From contig CAJOOC010000111.1 of the NCBI GenBank assembly GCA_905236165.1, positions 2,924 to 66,923 of the forward strand: a DNA stretch of 64,000 nt, in the 5' to 3' direction. The position numbers and the translations under genes are program-made. The stretch is from an uncultured Prevotella sp. (lineage in GTDB: Bacteria; Bacteroidota; Bacteroidia; Bacteroidales; Bacteroidaceae). Positions 39,896 to 48,468 of the stretch are shown in pieces (within the stretch, counting starts at the first letter, position 1; every line of letters begins with the position of its first letter). The notes under the pieces are model-generated. The model was not told the DNA's origin, made no database searches, and saw only the letters and a program-made list of their open reading frames with translations.

Positions 39896-40573
39896 ATGGT
39901 AATAGCAATAGACGGCCACTCTTCCTGTGGCAAAAGCACAATGGCCAAGAAGCTGGCCAAGGATTTAGGGTATATCTACGTTGACACGGGAGCGATGTAT
40001 AGGGCTGTGACGCTTTACTGCATGCGTAACGGTATTATCGCAGATGGCAAGGTGGATAATAAAAAACTGACTGAGGCGATGCCTCTCATCAACGTGTCCT
40101 TCAAACTGAATTCTTCAACGGGACTGCCTGAGACGTATCTTGGCGAAGAATGTGTGGAGAACGTGATACGCACCATAGAGGTAAGCAACAACGTGTCTCC
40201 TATTGCCGCTATTCCACTCGTAAGAGAGGCGATGGTGAGCCAGCAGCGACAGATGGGACTCAACCAGGACATCGTCATGGACGGAAGGGATATAGGCACA
40301 ACGGTCTTTCCTAATGCCGACCTGAAAATCTTCGTTACGGCATCGGCACCAGTACGGGCACAGCGCCGCTACGACGAATTGAAGGCAAAGGGCATGCCGG
40401 CTGACTATGAGGATATTCTCAAAAACGTAGAGGAGCGCGACTACATCGACTCCCACAGAGAGGTGTCGCCACTTCGCCAAGCACCAGATGCGCTCCTGCT
40501 CGACAACTCTGAGATGACAATAGAGCAACAGCAGCAATGGCTCATGCAACAAGTAGACCGCTTACGCAAATAA
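39896..40573 (+). CDS. cmk: Cytidylate kinase
   Basis: [35 protein letters not shown]. Confidence 0.96.
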   Translation: MVIAIDGHSSCGKSTMAKKLAKDLGYIYVDTGAMYRAVTLYCMRNGIIADGKVDNKKLTEAMPLINVSFKLNSSTGLPETYLGEECVENVIRTIEVSNNVSPIAAIPLVREAMVSQQRQMGLNQDIVMDGRDIGTTVFPNADLKIFVTASAPVRAQRRYDELKAKGMPADYEDILKNVEERDYIDSHREVSPLRQAPDALLLDNSEMTIEQQQQWLMQQVDRLRK

Positions 40574-40590
40574 CAATAATTAACTAAAGT

Positions 40591-40618
40591 TTCGCTTTTC
40601 ACTTTTCACTATTCACTT
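40591..40618 (+). repeat. 7-bp micro-array TTCRCTW x4
   Basis: ttcgctt ttcactt ttcacta ttcactt, 5 nt before the ATG. Confidence 0.8.
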
Positions 40619-40623
40619 TCCGG

Positions 40624-41211
40624 ATGTTCCAGTTTATCACCTCCTCAGCTAAGCTGTCTCAATGCCCCAATGACATTAGGCCAGAATTTGCCTTCATAGG
40701 AAGAAGCAACGTCGGCAAGTCAAGTCTCATCAACATGCTTGCCAATCAGAAAGGCCTCGCAAAGACCAGTGCTACACCGGGCAAGACTCTTCTCATCAAC
40801 CACTTCCTCGTTGATGAGAAATACTACATTGTAGACCTCCCGGGCTATGGCTTCGCAAAACGCTCAAAAAGCGTGCAGCAGGACATAGAAAATATCATCA
40901 GCTCTTACATTCTCAATCGTGAGCAACTGACAAATGTCTTCCTGCTTATCGATATTCGTCATGATCCGCAGAAGGTGGATATGGAGTTTATCAACTGGCT
41001 TGGAGAAAACCAGATACCATTCAGCATTGTATTCACAAAAGCCGACAAGGTGGGACCCGTCAAAGCTCGACAGAACGTAGAAAAATACCTGCAATCCCTC
41101 CTTGAAACCTGGGAAGAACTGCCGCCACACTTCATCACCTCGTCAGAAAAAAAACAAGGTCGAGAAGAGCTCCTTGGATATATCGACCAAATACTGACCG
41201 ATAATCAGTAA
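40624..41211 (+). CDS. engB: Ribosome biogenesis GTPase YihA/YsxC
   Basis: [25 protein letters not shown]. Confidence 0.95.
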   Translation: MFQFITSSAKLSQCPNDIRPEFAFIGRSNVGKSSLINMLANQKGLAKTSATPGKTLLINHFLVDEKYYIVDLPGYGFAKRSKSVQQDIENIISSYILNREQLTNVFLLIDIRHDPQKVDMEFINWLGENQIPFSIVFTKADKVGPVKARQNVEKYLQSLLETWEELPPHFITSSEKKQGREELLGYIDQILTDNQ

Positions 41212-41229
41212 TTTCTTATATGTTATAGG

Positions 41230-41256
41230 GTCTGCGATACCATCGCAGACATTTCG
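41230..41256 (+). repeat. REP-like 27-bp palindrome, copy 3
   Basis: GTCTGCGATACCATCGCAGACATTTCG. Confidence 0.9.
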
Positions 41257-41277
41257 TTAATTTCTTATTTCGATAAA

Positions 41278-42846
41278 ATGTTCGTAAAAACACATTGTGC
41301 TGCCCTCAACGGACTCAGCGTCAACATGGTAACAGTAGAATGCTCTGTAGATTCGGGGCAGTCGCTCTCCCTGACGGGCCTTGGCGACGAAGCCGTGAAA
41401 GAGAGTCTCAGCCGCATCAGAACAGCATATCGGTATACAGGCTATAAGATGCCTAACAGGTCCGTAACTATCAATCTCTCTCCTGCCAACCTCAGGAAAG
41501 AAGGGTCGGCCTACGACCTGCCTATGGCTATCGCCATTTTGGCTTCCAATGAAGACATTCCCCCGCAGCACCTTAATGAATACATGATGCTCGGAGAATT
41601 AGGCCTTGATGGTCGTCTGAAACCCATCGTGGGTGCTCTGCCCATTGCCATTCTCGCAAGGTCAAAGAATTTCAAAGGACTCATCGTGCCCAAGGACAAC
41701 GAATATGAAGCAGCTGTTGTCAACAATCTGGAGGTCTACGGGATGGAGACGCTTGCCGAGGTTATACAGTTCCTCTCCGACCAGCGCGATGCAGAGCCTG
41801 TGGTATACGACACCCGTAAGGTCTTCTATGAACAGCAATACACCTTTGATATCGACTTCTCCGACGTGAAGGGACAGGAGAGCGTCAAGCGAGCTATGGA
41901 GGTAGCGGCGGCAGGTGGTCATAACATGATAATGATAGGCCCTCCCGGATCGGGAAAAAGCATGATGGCCAAGCGTATGCCCACGATACTGCCTCCACTA
42001 TCTTTGGCAGAAAGTCTGGAGACCACCCAGATACACTCAGTAGCAGGAAAGATAGGCCCCAATCAGGCCCTGATATCCAAGCGCCCGTTCCGAGCTCCTC
42101 ATCACACCATTTCGCAGGTGGCCCTCGTAGGTGGTGGCAATACACCGCAGCCGGGCGAAATATCCTTGGCACACAATGGAGTACTCTTCCTCGACGAGCT
42201 GCCCGAGTTCAACAAGGCAACCCTCGAAGTGCTGCGTCAGCCCCTCGAAGACCGTAAGATTACCATAGCCCGTGCAAAATATACTGCTGACTATCCCTGC
42301 TCCTTTATGTTCGTGGCCAGCGCTAACCCCTGTCCCTGCGGATACTACGGTGATCCAACCCACGACTGTGTATGCACCCCAGGACAGATACACCGTTACA
42401 TGAACAAGATTTCAGGACCCTTGCTTGACCGCATCGACATCCATTGTGAGATACAGGCAGTGCCATTCGCACAGCTCAGTCAGATGCAGCCAGGTGAGTC
42501 ATCAGAGACCATCCGTGAGCGTGTCATCCGAGCCCGCAACATACAAACGGAGCGTTTTGCTCACCTCCCCCTTGGGGTAGGCCGGGAAGGGGCTGTCCAT
42601 TGTAACGCACAGATGACGGAACGCATGATACACCAGTATGCCGAGCCTGATGCCGCCTCTCTCGAAATACTCCGTATGGCAATGGAACGCCTCAAACTCT
42701 CAGCCCGTGCCTACTCACGCATCTTGAAAGTAGCTCGAACCATCGCCGACCTCGCTGGCTCGGAGAAAGTGCAGTCCCCACACATCGCCGAAGCTATCGG
42801 CTATCGCACCCTTGACAGAGGCGACTGGGCAGAACGTGGGATATAG
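41278..42846 (+). CDS. comM: YifB/ComM Mg-chelatase-like AAA+ ATPase
   Basis: NLSPA..RKEG..YDLP, GPPGSGKS, PFRAPHH, LFLDELPEF, NPCPCG, LSARAY.RILKVARTIADL. Confidence 0.93.
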   Translation: MFVKTHCAALNGLSVNMVTVECSVDSGQSLSLTGLGDEAVKESLSRIRTAYRYTGYKMPNRSVTINLSPANLRKEGSAYDLPMAIAILASNEDIPPQHLNEYMMLGELGLDGRLKPIVGALPIAILARSKNFKGLIVPKDNEYEAAVVNNLEVYGMETLAEVIQFLSDQRDAEPVVYDTRKVFYEQQYTFDIDFSDVKGQESVKRAMEVAAAGGHNMIMIGPPGSGKSMMAKRMPTILPPLSLAESLETTQIHSVAGKIGPNQALISKRPFRAPHHTISQVALVGGGNTPQPGEISLAHNGVLFLDELPEFNKATLEVLRQPLEDRKITIARAKYTADYPCSFMFVASANPCPCGYYGDPTHDCVCTPGQIHRYMNKISGPLLDRIDIHCEIQAVPFAQLSQMQPGESSETIRERVIRARNIQTERFAHLPLGVGREGAVHCNAQMTERMIHQYAEPDAASLEILRMAMERLKLSARAYSRILKVARTIADLAGSEKVQSPHIAEAIGYRTLDRGDWAERGI

Positions 42847-42857
42847 GATTCCGACTT

Positions 42858-45065
42858 TCATTGTGGCAGAAATTTCTGCCCATTGAGTATGTATATCCTG
42901 AAGGGGAAGCCTGTGGGTTGTGTTGTTTTTCCTGATTCTTTTTTCCCTATGCGCTGGCCGTTGAGGCTGTAGCAGTATCCAGGTACTTGGGGCTTGGAGT
43001 GTGTTGCGTGTGGTGTTGTGATGCCATCTGGTGTGTTGTATGCTATGCTGGCAAGATGGCAGCGTGCCGTTGTGGCGGTCTGAAAGGTGATGTTGAATAT
43101 GAGGTAGGCCGTTGCGGTGTTTCCCGCACTGTCTTTATAGCGTAAGGCCTCGCGGATGGTGCGTCTTGTTCCGTTGGTGTTGGCACCGGGGAACTGTCCG
43201 ATGACAGCGCTCTTGGTTGCTTTGGTGAATTCGGCATAGGCAACACACCCGTTGCCGTAGGTGATGGCTGTGCCGCTGGCATTGAACCAATGTCCGAAGT
43301 CGCCGTTGGTAGTCTTGCCTATGCCTTGCAGCATACCGTCGGCCTTGGCGGCATAATGCATTATGGTGTTGTTGGGCTGCTGACTGCTATAGGTGATGAT
43401 GCGGCTGAAGATGTCGTCGCCTTCCATCTGAAAGGCCGTACAAAGAGCATTGAGTCCGCTACCTGAGAAGTTGACGGTGGCTCCGTCATAACCTGATGTT
43501 GGTGGCAGTATAATATCGTAGGTCAGTGTAACATCGCCGATGTTGCGCCCATCGATGTATTTTTCGAATTCCGGCTCCTTGACATAAGGTGTTACGCTGA
43601 CGGCTTTGGTGCCGATGAGTTCAAACTGATAGGGCCATTGGTCGTCGTTCTTGATGTTGTCGTCCCAGCGGTGCTGTACGTATGTGGTGAGTGCTGGGGC
43701 AATGACGAGGAATATGCGCTGCGTGCCTTCAGGCACCTGGGCGGTGATGTCCTCGGTAGTTTCAACGGTGCCCTTGCCGTAAACGGTGTTGTCGTTGACG
43801 TACTCTCGCGTACCATCTTCTTTCAGCATGACATAGCCAATACGGAAGCCCCTTGCTGATGGGCTGACGTTGTTGTATTGCCTCACTCCTGCGCTGACGA
43901 GGGCATTGGCGTTGCCGTTGTTGTATTCGCCCGGGTCGGCCTCATTGAGAGCACAGCCAGGCGTTAATGCAGTGAACCGCGTGGTGATGGTGCCTGATGT
44001 GGGTACGGCGAGCTCTATGACGTTGAAGCCCGTGCTCTGTGGCGTGCTGGCATAGGCTACCTGGTATTTGTTTTCATCGAGCTGCACGGCCAAATAGTCG
44101 AACCGCCCGATGTAGTTGTTGCGATATGATGCTGCTACATCAAAGTCGAATGTGGCGCAATGTAGGGCGTAGTCGAAATATAGCTCATAGAACTCCTCAG
44201 CCGAGAGTCCCTTCAGCGCCATCAGCGCCTGACAGAAATCCATAGCTCCACTCATGGGTTGCTTCCACACCTGCGCCACAGTCGTGAGGTCGGCGTACCG
44301 CTGGCAGAGGTAGTAAAGGAACCAGTAGCTCTGGTAACGCATCCATTCATGGGAGAAGGCGTAGTTGGCATTGTTGCCGAAGAGAGGGTAGCTTTGGCTG
44401 AACATCAGTGCTGGATAAGACTGGTTGGCCTGCCACTGTGCCGTCTGTTCCCAGATGGTCTGACCGTTGCCAACAGGCAGGTGGAAGCCTGTCCCGATGG
44501 TCGTTGACGATATGTGGTTGTAGCGCGAAGCCTCAGCATAACACATATAATGGAAGGAATGACCCACCTCGTGGGCGAGGGAATGGCCTGCGGGCTTCAC
44601 CGTTGCGGGATTGAGCCACAGGGCGCTGCATTCGAAGTCGTAGCCGCCACCATAACAGGTCCAGGTGGTGGTGTAGTTCATCAGAATGAGAATCTTGTAC
44701 TTGTCCTTCATGTTGCTGCACGAGAAGCCCAGCTTGTTGATGTTGAGCTCGTAGCAGGTCTCGGCAACTCGCAAGACAGCATCGACATCGAAGGTCATCG
44801 ATACACCATCTAGCGAAGGGGCCTTGGAGGGATTGCTGCCAAACCCTTTCTGCCAGAAGATGATGCAGTTGTCTGACTCCTTGCTGCGGCTGAAGGACCA
44901 TTGCAGTTCGGTGTTGCCGCCTTCGGTATACTCTTGCGTCGTTGCGTCATAATGCCAGCTGTCAGGGATGTAAACTTTCTTCTGGGCATTGACGCCCTGA
45001 AGCACCAATACAAGGAAGACTACCAATGTGGCAGCGGTAATCCTGTAGGTTCCAATGTGTTGCAT
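42858..45065 (-). CDS. Secreted putative zinc metallopeptidase (DUF6055/DUF4859-like) with a T9SS-type C-terminal tail
   Basis: Signal peptide, AHEVGHSF (HExxH), WEQTAQW, HWFN, C-terminal YSLNGQ...IYILNGQKF. Confidence 0.7.
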   Translation of the reverse strand: MQHIGTYRITAATLVVFLVLVLQGVNAQKKVYIPDSWHYDATTQEYTEGGNTELQWSFSRSKESDNCIIFWQKGFGSNPSKAPSLDGVSMTFDVDAVLRVAETCYELNINKLGFSCSNMKDKYKILILMNYTTTWTCYGGGYDFECSALWLNPATVKPAGHSLAHEVGHSFHYMCYAEASRYNHISSTTIGTGFHLPVGNGQTIWEQTAQWQANQSYPALMFSQSYPLFGNNANYAFSHEWMRYQSYWFLYYLCQRYADLTTVAQVWKQPMSGAMDFCQALMALKGLSAEEFYELYFDYALHCATFDFDVAASYRNNYIGRFDYLAVQLDENKYQVAYASTPQSTGFNVIELAVPTSGTITTRFTALTPGCALNEADPGEYNNGNANALVSAGVRQYNNVSPSARGFRIGYVMLKEDGTREYVNDNTVYGKGTVETTEDITAQVPEGTQRIFLVIAPALTTYVQHRWDDNIKNDDQWPYQFELIGTKAVSVTPYVKEPEFEKYIDGRNIGDVTLTYDIILPPTSGYDGATVNFSGSGLNALCTAFQMEGDDIFSRIITYSSQQPNNTIMHYAAKADGMLQGIGKTTNGDFGHWFNASGTAITYGNGCVAYAEFTKATKSAVIGQFPGANTNGTRRTIREALRYKDSAGNTATAYLIFNITFQTATTARCHLASIAYNTPDGITTPHATHSKPQVPGYCYSLNGQRIGKKESGKTTQPTGFPFRIYILNGQKFLPQ

Positions 45066-45122
45066 GACTTCGATAATGCCTTATTGTTTAATGAACTCGC
45101 AGATATTGATAGTATGCGAAAC

Positions 45123-45165
45123 AAAAAATCTCTAACAAGCTCACTTAAGGCTGTTAGAGATTTTT
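45123..45165 (-). terminator. Rho-independent terminator after the tRNA
   Basis: AAAAATCTCTAACA...TGTTAGAGATTTTT stem with T-tract on the minus strand. Confidence 0.8.
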
Positions 45166-45166
45166 G

Positions 45167-45248
45167 TGCCCAGAACGGGACTCGAACCCGTACACCCGGA
45201 AGTATTGGTGTTTGAGACCAACGCGTCTACCAATTCCGCCATCTGGGC
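45167..45248 (-). tRNA. tRNA-Leu (CAA)
   Basis: GCCCAGATGGCGGAATTGGTAGACGCG-TTGGT CTCAAAC ACCAA-variable arm-GGTTCGAGTCC-TCTGGGCA; CCA not encoded. Confidence 0.97.
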
Positions 45249-45308
45249 AAGGCTTGTGTCGAGTTACCTCAGTTGAAGGTATATCGACAGCCTTTGATTA
45301 ACGGGGTG

Positions 45309-45316
45309 CAAAGTTA
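45309..45316 (-). promoter_or_regulatory. -7 box for tRNA-Leu
   Basis: TAACTTTG on minus strand, TTTG about 20 nt upstream. Confidence 0.75.
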
Positions 45317-45344
45317 ATACTTTTTTTTCAGTTGTGCAAATATT

Positions 45345-46808
45345 TTACCACAGAATTTCCTTGTCCGCAGCATTTTCTTCGAAGATAGGCTTATCGGTAT
45401 TTTGTGGGGTGGGGTAGAAATGCACAGCCGAGTCGTTCATCTTTGGATGGGTCAGTGAGAGCATGCGCAGTATCTCCGTTGCAGCCCAGATGGTGGGACC
45501 ATAGCCGTGCATCGCCATCTTGTGGGTGGGACGATAGGCATAGAAGGCTGGATCGAAACCCATACCCGTTCCGACGCAGGTGCCCTCAACCTGTCCTTGC
45601 TCATTCACCTTCGTCTGCAGCGCATTCCAGGCAAGGAACGCCTGGGCTCCGTAGGTTTCGGCATTGACCCAGCCCTCACAGACGGCGTGTGAGATGCAAT
45701 AGGTATAGATGGCCGTACAGGAGGTTTCGAAGTAAGTATCAGGGCGGTCAAGCAATTGGTGCCAGAAGCCTGTCTTGTCCTGAAGGGCGCACAGACCCTC
45801 GATATGTTCGCGCAGAAGTAGGAGCAGCTCGGCCTTGTATGAAGCGAAGGACGATGCCTGCTGGCCGTTCTTTCCGTTATTGTCAATAGCGTTGATGGCA
45901 TCAATCACCTCGCAGAGCGTCAGAATGGCCCATCCGTTGGCCCGTCCCCAATGGTAGGAGGCATGAGGTGACATGCTCTCCACCCACCCGTGGCGGAACA
46001 GCTTCTTTTCGGGCACCCACATCAGCTCCTTGAAGAGCCTCACCTGACTAATGGCCAGGTTCATGATATGACTGCTCAGACTGCTGTCTCCGTTCTTCTG
46101 CAGATATGCTGAATACCAGGCCAGTGCCGGCACACCCATGAACATATCGTCGAGCCATACGGTATTGTGGTGAGGACGGTTGCGGGCAAAGATGGAGTCA
46201 GAACCCACCTTCATGCGATATACATCGTTGAGCACCATGTGCATGTAGCGCTCTATGGTCTGCGCATATTGCTTCTGCGGAGTATCCTTGCCAGCGAGAC
46301 ACGACAGCTTGCAGAAGGCTGCACACATAGCTCCTCCGTCGTCAAGCACGCGAGGACGTACCATCAGGCGTAGCTGAGAGTCGTAGTCGGGGTCTTTCTT
46401 GAACTTCGAAGCCATCTTGGCAGACTGCTCGGACAAAAAGTCGAGACGTTCAGTGGCGAAGGAGGTCATTGCACCAACATGCTCGCTGGAGATACCGTTG
46501 ATGCGTGCATTGAGCATGGCGCTATAGAGCACGCCAGCCTCATAGCTCGTAAGGCGGAAAGAGCCTTTCTTCGCCCTGCCGTCGCTGTCGATAGCATGGG
46601 GCATCTCTGCGTCAAGATAATTGCAAATACGCCCGATGACGGCCTCTACGTCAGACTTCTGCGGTATGCCATAGGGATTTTCATACTGCGGCTGCATGAG
46701 GTGCAGCGGAGTATTGGAGTCATTGATGACAGCAGGACTCTGGGCATTGACTGTCATAGCCAACCCCGCGCCCAGAATGCATAGAAGAATGGTTCGTTTA
46801 TGCTTCAT
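45345..46808 (-). CDS. GH105/GH88 unsaturated (rhamno)galacturonyl hydrolase
   Basis: Signal peptide, LDD.GAM, VWLDDMFM, LFRHGW, WGRANGW, GFWHQLLD, ETSCTA, HGYG. Confidence 0.88.
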   Translation of the reverse strand: MKHKRTILLCILGAGLAMTVNAQSPAVINDSNTPLHLMQPQYENPYGIPQKSDVEAVIGRICNYLDAEMPHAIDSDGRAKKGSFRLTSYEAGVLYSAMLNARINGISSEHVGAMTSFATERLDFLSEQSAKMASKFKKDPDYDSQLRLMVRPRVLDDGGAMCAAFCKLSCLAGKDTPQKQYAQTIERYMHMVLNDVYRMKVGSDSIFARNRPHHNTVWLDDMFMGVPALAWYSAYLQKNGDSSLSSHIMNLAISQVRLFKELMWVPEKKLFRHGWVESMSPHASYHWGRANGWAILTLCEVIDAINAIDNNGKNGQQASSFASYKAELLLLLREHIEGLCALQDKTGFWHQLLDRPDTYFETSCTAIYTYCISHAVCEGWVNAETYGAQAFLAWNALQTKVNEQGQVEGTCVGTGMGFDPAFYAYRPTHKMAMHGYGPTIWAATEILRMLSLTHPKMNDSAVHFYPTPQNTDKPIFEENAADKEILW

Positions 46809-46811
46809 GTG

Positions 46812-46853
46812 GTCTTCGTTTTCGTAGGGACGCAGTCCCACTTCGTCTTCGTC
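46812..46853 (-). repeat. 6-bp RACGAA array with an embedded GTAGGGAC/GTCCC hairpin
   Basis: gtcttc gttttc gtagggacgcagtcccac ttc gtcttc gtc. Confidence 0.85.
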
Positions 46854-47801
46854 TTACAACGTTTGCAAATATCTTTCAGCATCGAGTGCGGCCTTACATC
46901 CTGTGCCAGCAGCTACGATGGCCTGTCGATAGACTGGGTCGCATACATCGCCTGCAGCGAATACTCCTGGCAGTATCTTGCCGTTAGTATCGCAGACCTG
47001 CTGCGTGGTGCCTACGGTCTTGATATACCCCATCTCGTCGAGGGCTATATTGTCGCGGAAGATGTCTGTAACTGGCTTGTGGCCTATTGCGAGGAAAAAT
47101 CCGTCGATGGCTACGTCGTAGTGCTCCTCATCGGCTTCACCCTTGCGCTTCACGAGGTGCATGCCTTCTACGCCGTTCTCACCATAGAGCCCTGTGGCAT
47201 TATGCTCAAAGAGTATATCGATGTTCTCTGCGCCCTTGATGCGCTGCTGCATGATGTCTGAGGCTCTGAGGTAGTTCTTGCGCACCACCAGATACACCTT
47301 CTTGCAGAGGTGTGAGAGGTAGAGGGCATCTTCGCATGCTGTGTCACCGCCACCCACTACGGCTGTCACCTTCTTGCGATAGAAGAAACCGTCGCATGTG
47401 GCACAGGCGCTGACACCCTGACCTTTATACTTCTCCTCATCAGGCAGACCGAGGTATTTTGCCTTTGCACCTGTGGCGATGATGATGCTGTCAGCCTCTA
47501 TTACCGTACCGTCCTCAGCCATTGCCTTATAGGGGCGTGAGGAGAAGTCAATGGAGGTAATCTCGCCGTCGCGGATGTCGGCACCGAAGCGCTCCGCCTG
47601 CTCGCGGATTTCCATCATCATCTGATTGGCATCCACGCCCTGAGGGTAACCGGGGAAATTCTCTACTTCTGTGGTCTGAGTGAGCTGCCCGCCCATCTGC
47701 GGACCACAATACTCTATCGGGGAAAGGTTTGCTCTCCCAGCATAAATGGCAGCGGTATAGCCTGCAGGCCCGCTACCGAGGATAAGACATTTTGTTTTCA
47801 A
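46854..47801 (-). CDS. trxB: Thioredoxin reductase
   Basis: GSGPAGYTAA, GGQL, ENFPG, CATCDG, GGGD.A, FAAGD; TTG start. Confidence 0.97.
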   Translation of the reverse strand: MKTKCLILGSGPAGYTAAIYAGRANLSPIEYCGPQMGGQLTQTTEVENFPGYPQGVDANQMMMEIREQAERFGADIRDGEITSIDFSSRPYKAMAEDGTVIEADSIIIATGAKAKYLGLPDEEKYKGQGVSACATCDGFFYRKKVTAVVGGGDTACEDALYLSHLCKKVYLVVRKNYLRASDIMQQRIKGAENIDILFEHNATGLYGENGVEGMHLVKRKGEADEEHYDVAIDGFFLAIGHKPVTDIFRDNIALDEMGYIKTVGTTQQVCDTNGKILPGVFAAGDVCDPVYRQAIVAAGTGCKAALDAERYLQTL

Positions 47802-47837
47802 ATTGAATATTGAAGGATGAAAGTTGAAGATTGAAAA
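47802..47837 (-). repeat. 7-bp micro-array (plus strand RWTGAAN x5)
   Basis: attgaat attgaag gatgaaa gttgaag attgaaa. Confidence 0.8.
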
Positions 47838-48305
47838 TTACGCAAGCATTTCAGCTATTTTCGTTTCTATCTCAGCGAATGGTGTTGTGGCCGAATATCG
47901 TGCCACGACTTTGCCAATCTTGTTGACGAGGAACTTTGTGAAGTCTTCTGTTATCTCTCCTGGCTGCTTCTCTGTGAGGTATTTGAAGAGTGGGTCGGCA
48001 TCATCGCCGTTCACCTTTACCTTCTTGAAGCGTGGAAACTCCGTCTCGTATGTGTCCTTGCAGAACTGATGTATCATCTCGTCCGTTCCGGGACACGACT
48101 TTGTGGGTTGGTTAGAGGGGAAGTCGAGCACCTCAAAGCCCTGTGCATGGTATTTCCGGTAGATAGCCTGAAGATCGGCATATTGTGGGGTTTGTGTACT
48201 CTTGATGGCTGTGTTTACTATCAGTACAACCTCGTTAGCGTAGAGGTTAAGTGGAACGGCATTGCCTTTGCGGTCTTTTACCGTGATTTCGTGTATTGAG
48301 TTCAT
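47838..48305 (-). CDS. Glutathione peroxidase-fold protein lacking canonical catalytic residues
   Basis: LIVNTA..., TPQY, LDFP.NQ, PG, F.K..VNG..A.PLFKYL, FTKFLV; SKCG motif reads IKST. Confidence 0.85.
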   Translation of the reverse strand: MNSIHEITVKDRKGNAVPLNLYANEVVLIVNTAIKSTQTPQYADLQAIYRKYHAQGFEVLDFPSNQPTKSCPGTDEMIHQFCKDTYETEFPRFKKVKVNGDDADPLFKYLTEKQPGEITEDFTKFLVNKIGKVVARYSATTPFAEIETKIAEMLA

Positions 48306-48327
48306 TTTTTTAGTGATATATAAATAA

Positions 48328-48380
48328 TGGTGGTTAAGAAAACCGTTACAAAAATACTAACTTATTTCTTAACCACCAAA
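48328..48380 (-). promoter_or_regulatory. Promoter (-33 TTTG, -7 TATTTTTG) bracketed by a perfect 14-bp inverted repeat
   Basis: TGGTGGTTAAGAAA (48328-48341) / TTTCTTAACCACCA (48365-48378); -7 box at 48349-48356. Confidence 0.7.
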
Positions 48381-48468
48381 TGTTTTATGCTTTTTTAAGG
48401 TGGACAGCGTGGAGTTTCTGCAAAATATGACTGATTTTGAAGCTGTCCGTACCTGCTATCCTTTGTCG

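Noticed and set aside
42847-45248. Integrative element at tRNA-Leu
   Set aside because: No integrase and no duplicated tRNA 3' end was seen
48198-48200. Selenocysteine in the GPx homologue
   Set aside because: The active-site codon is AGT (Ser) and the frame has no in-frame TGA
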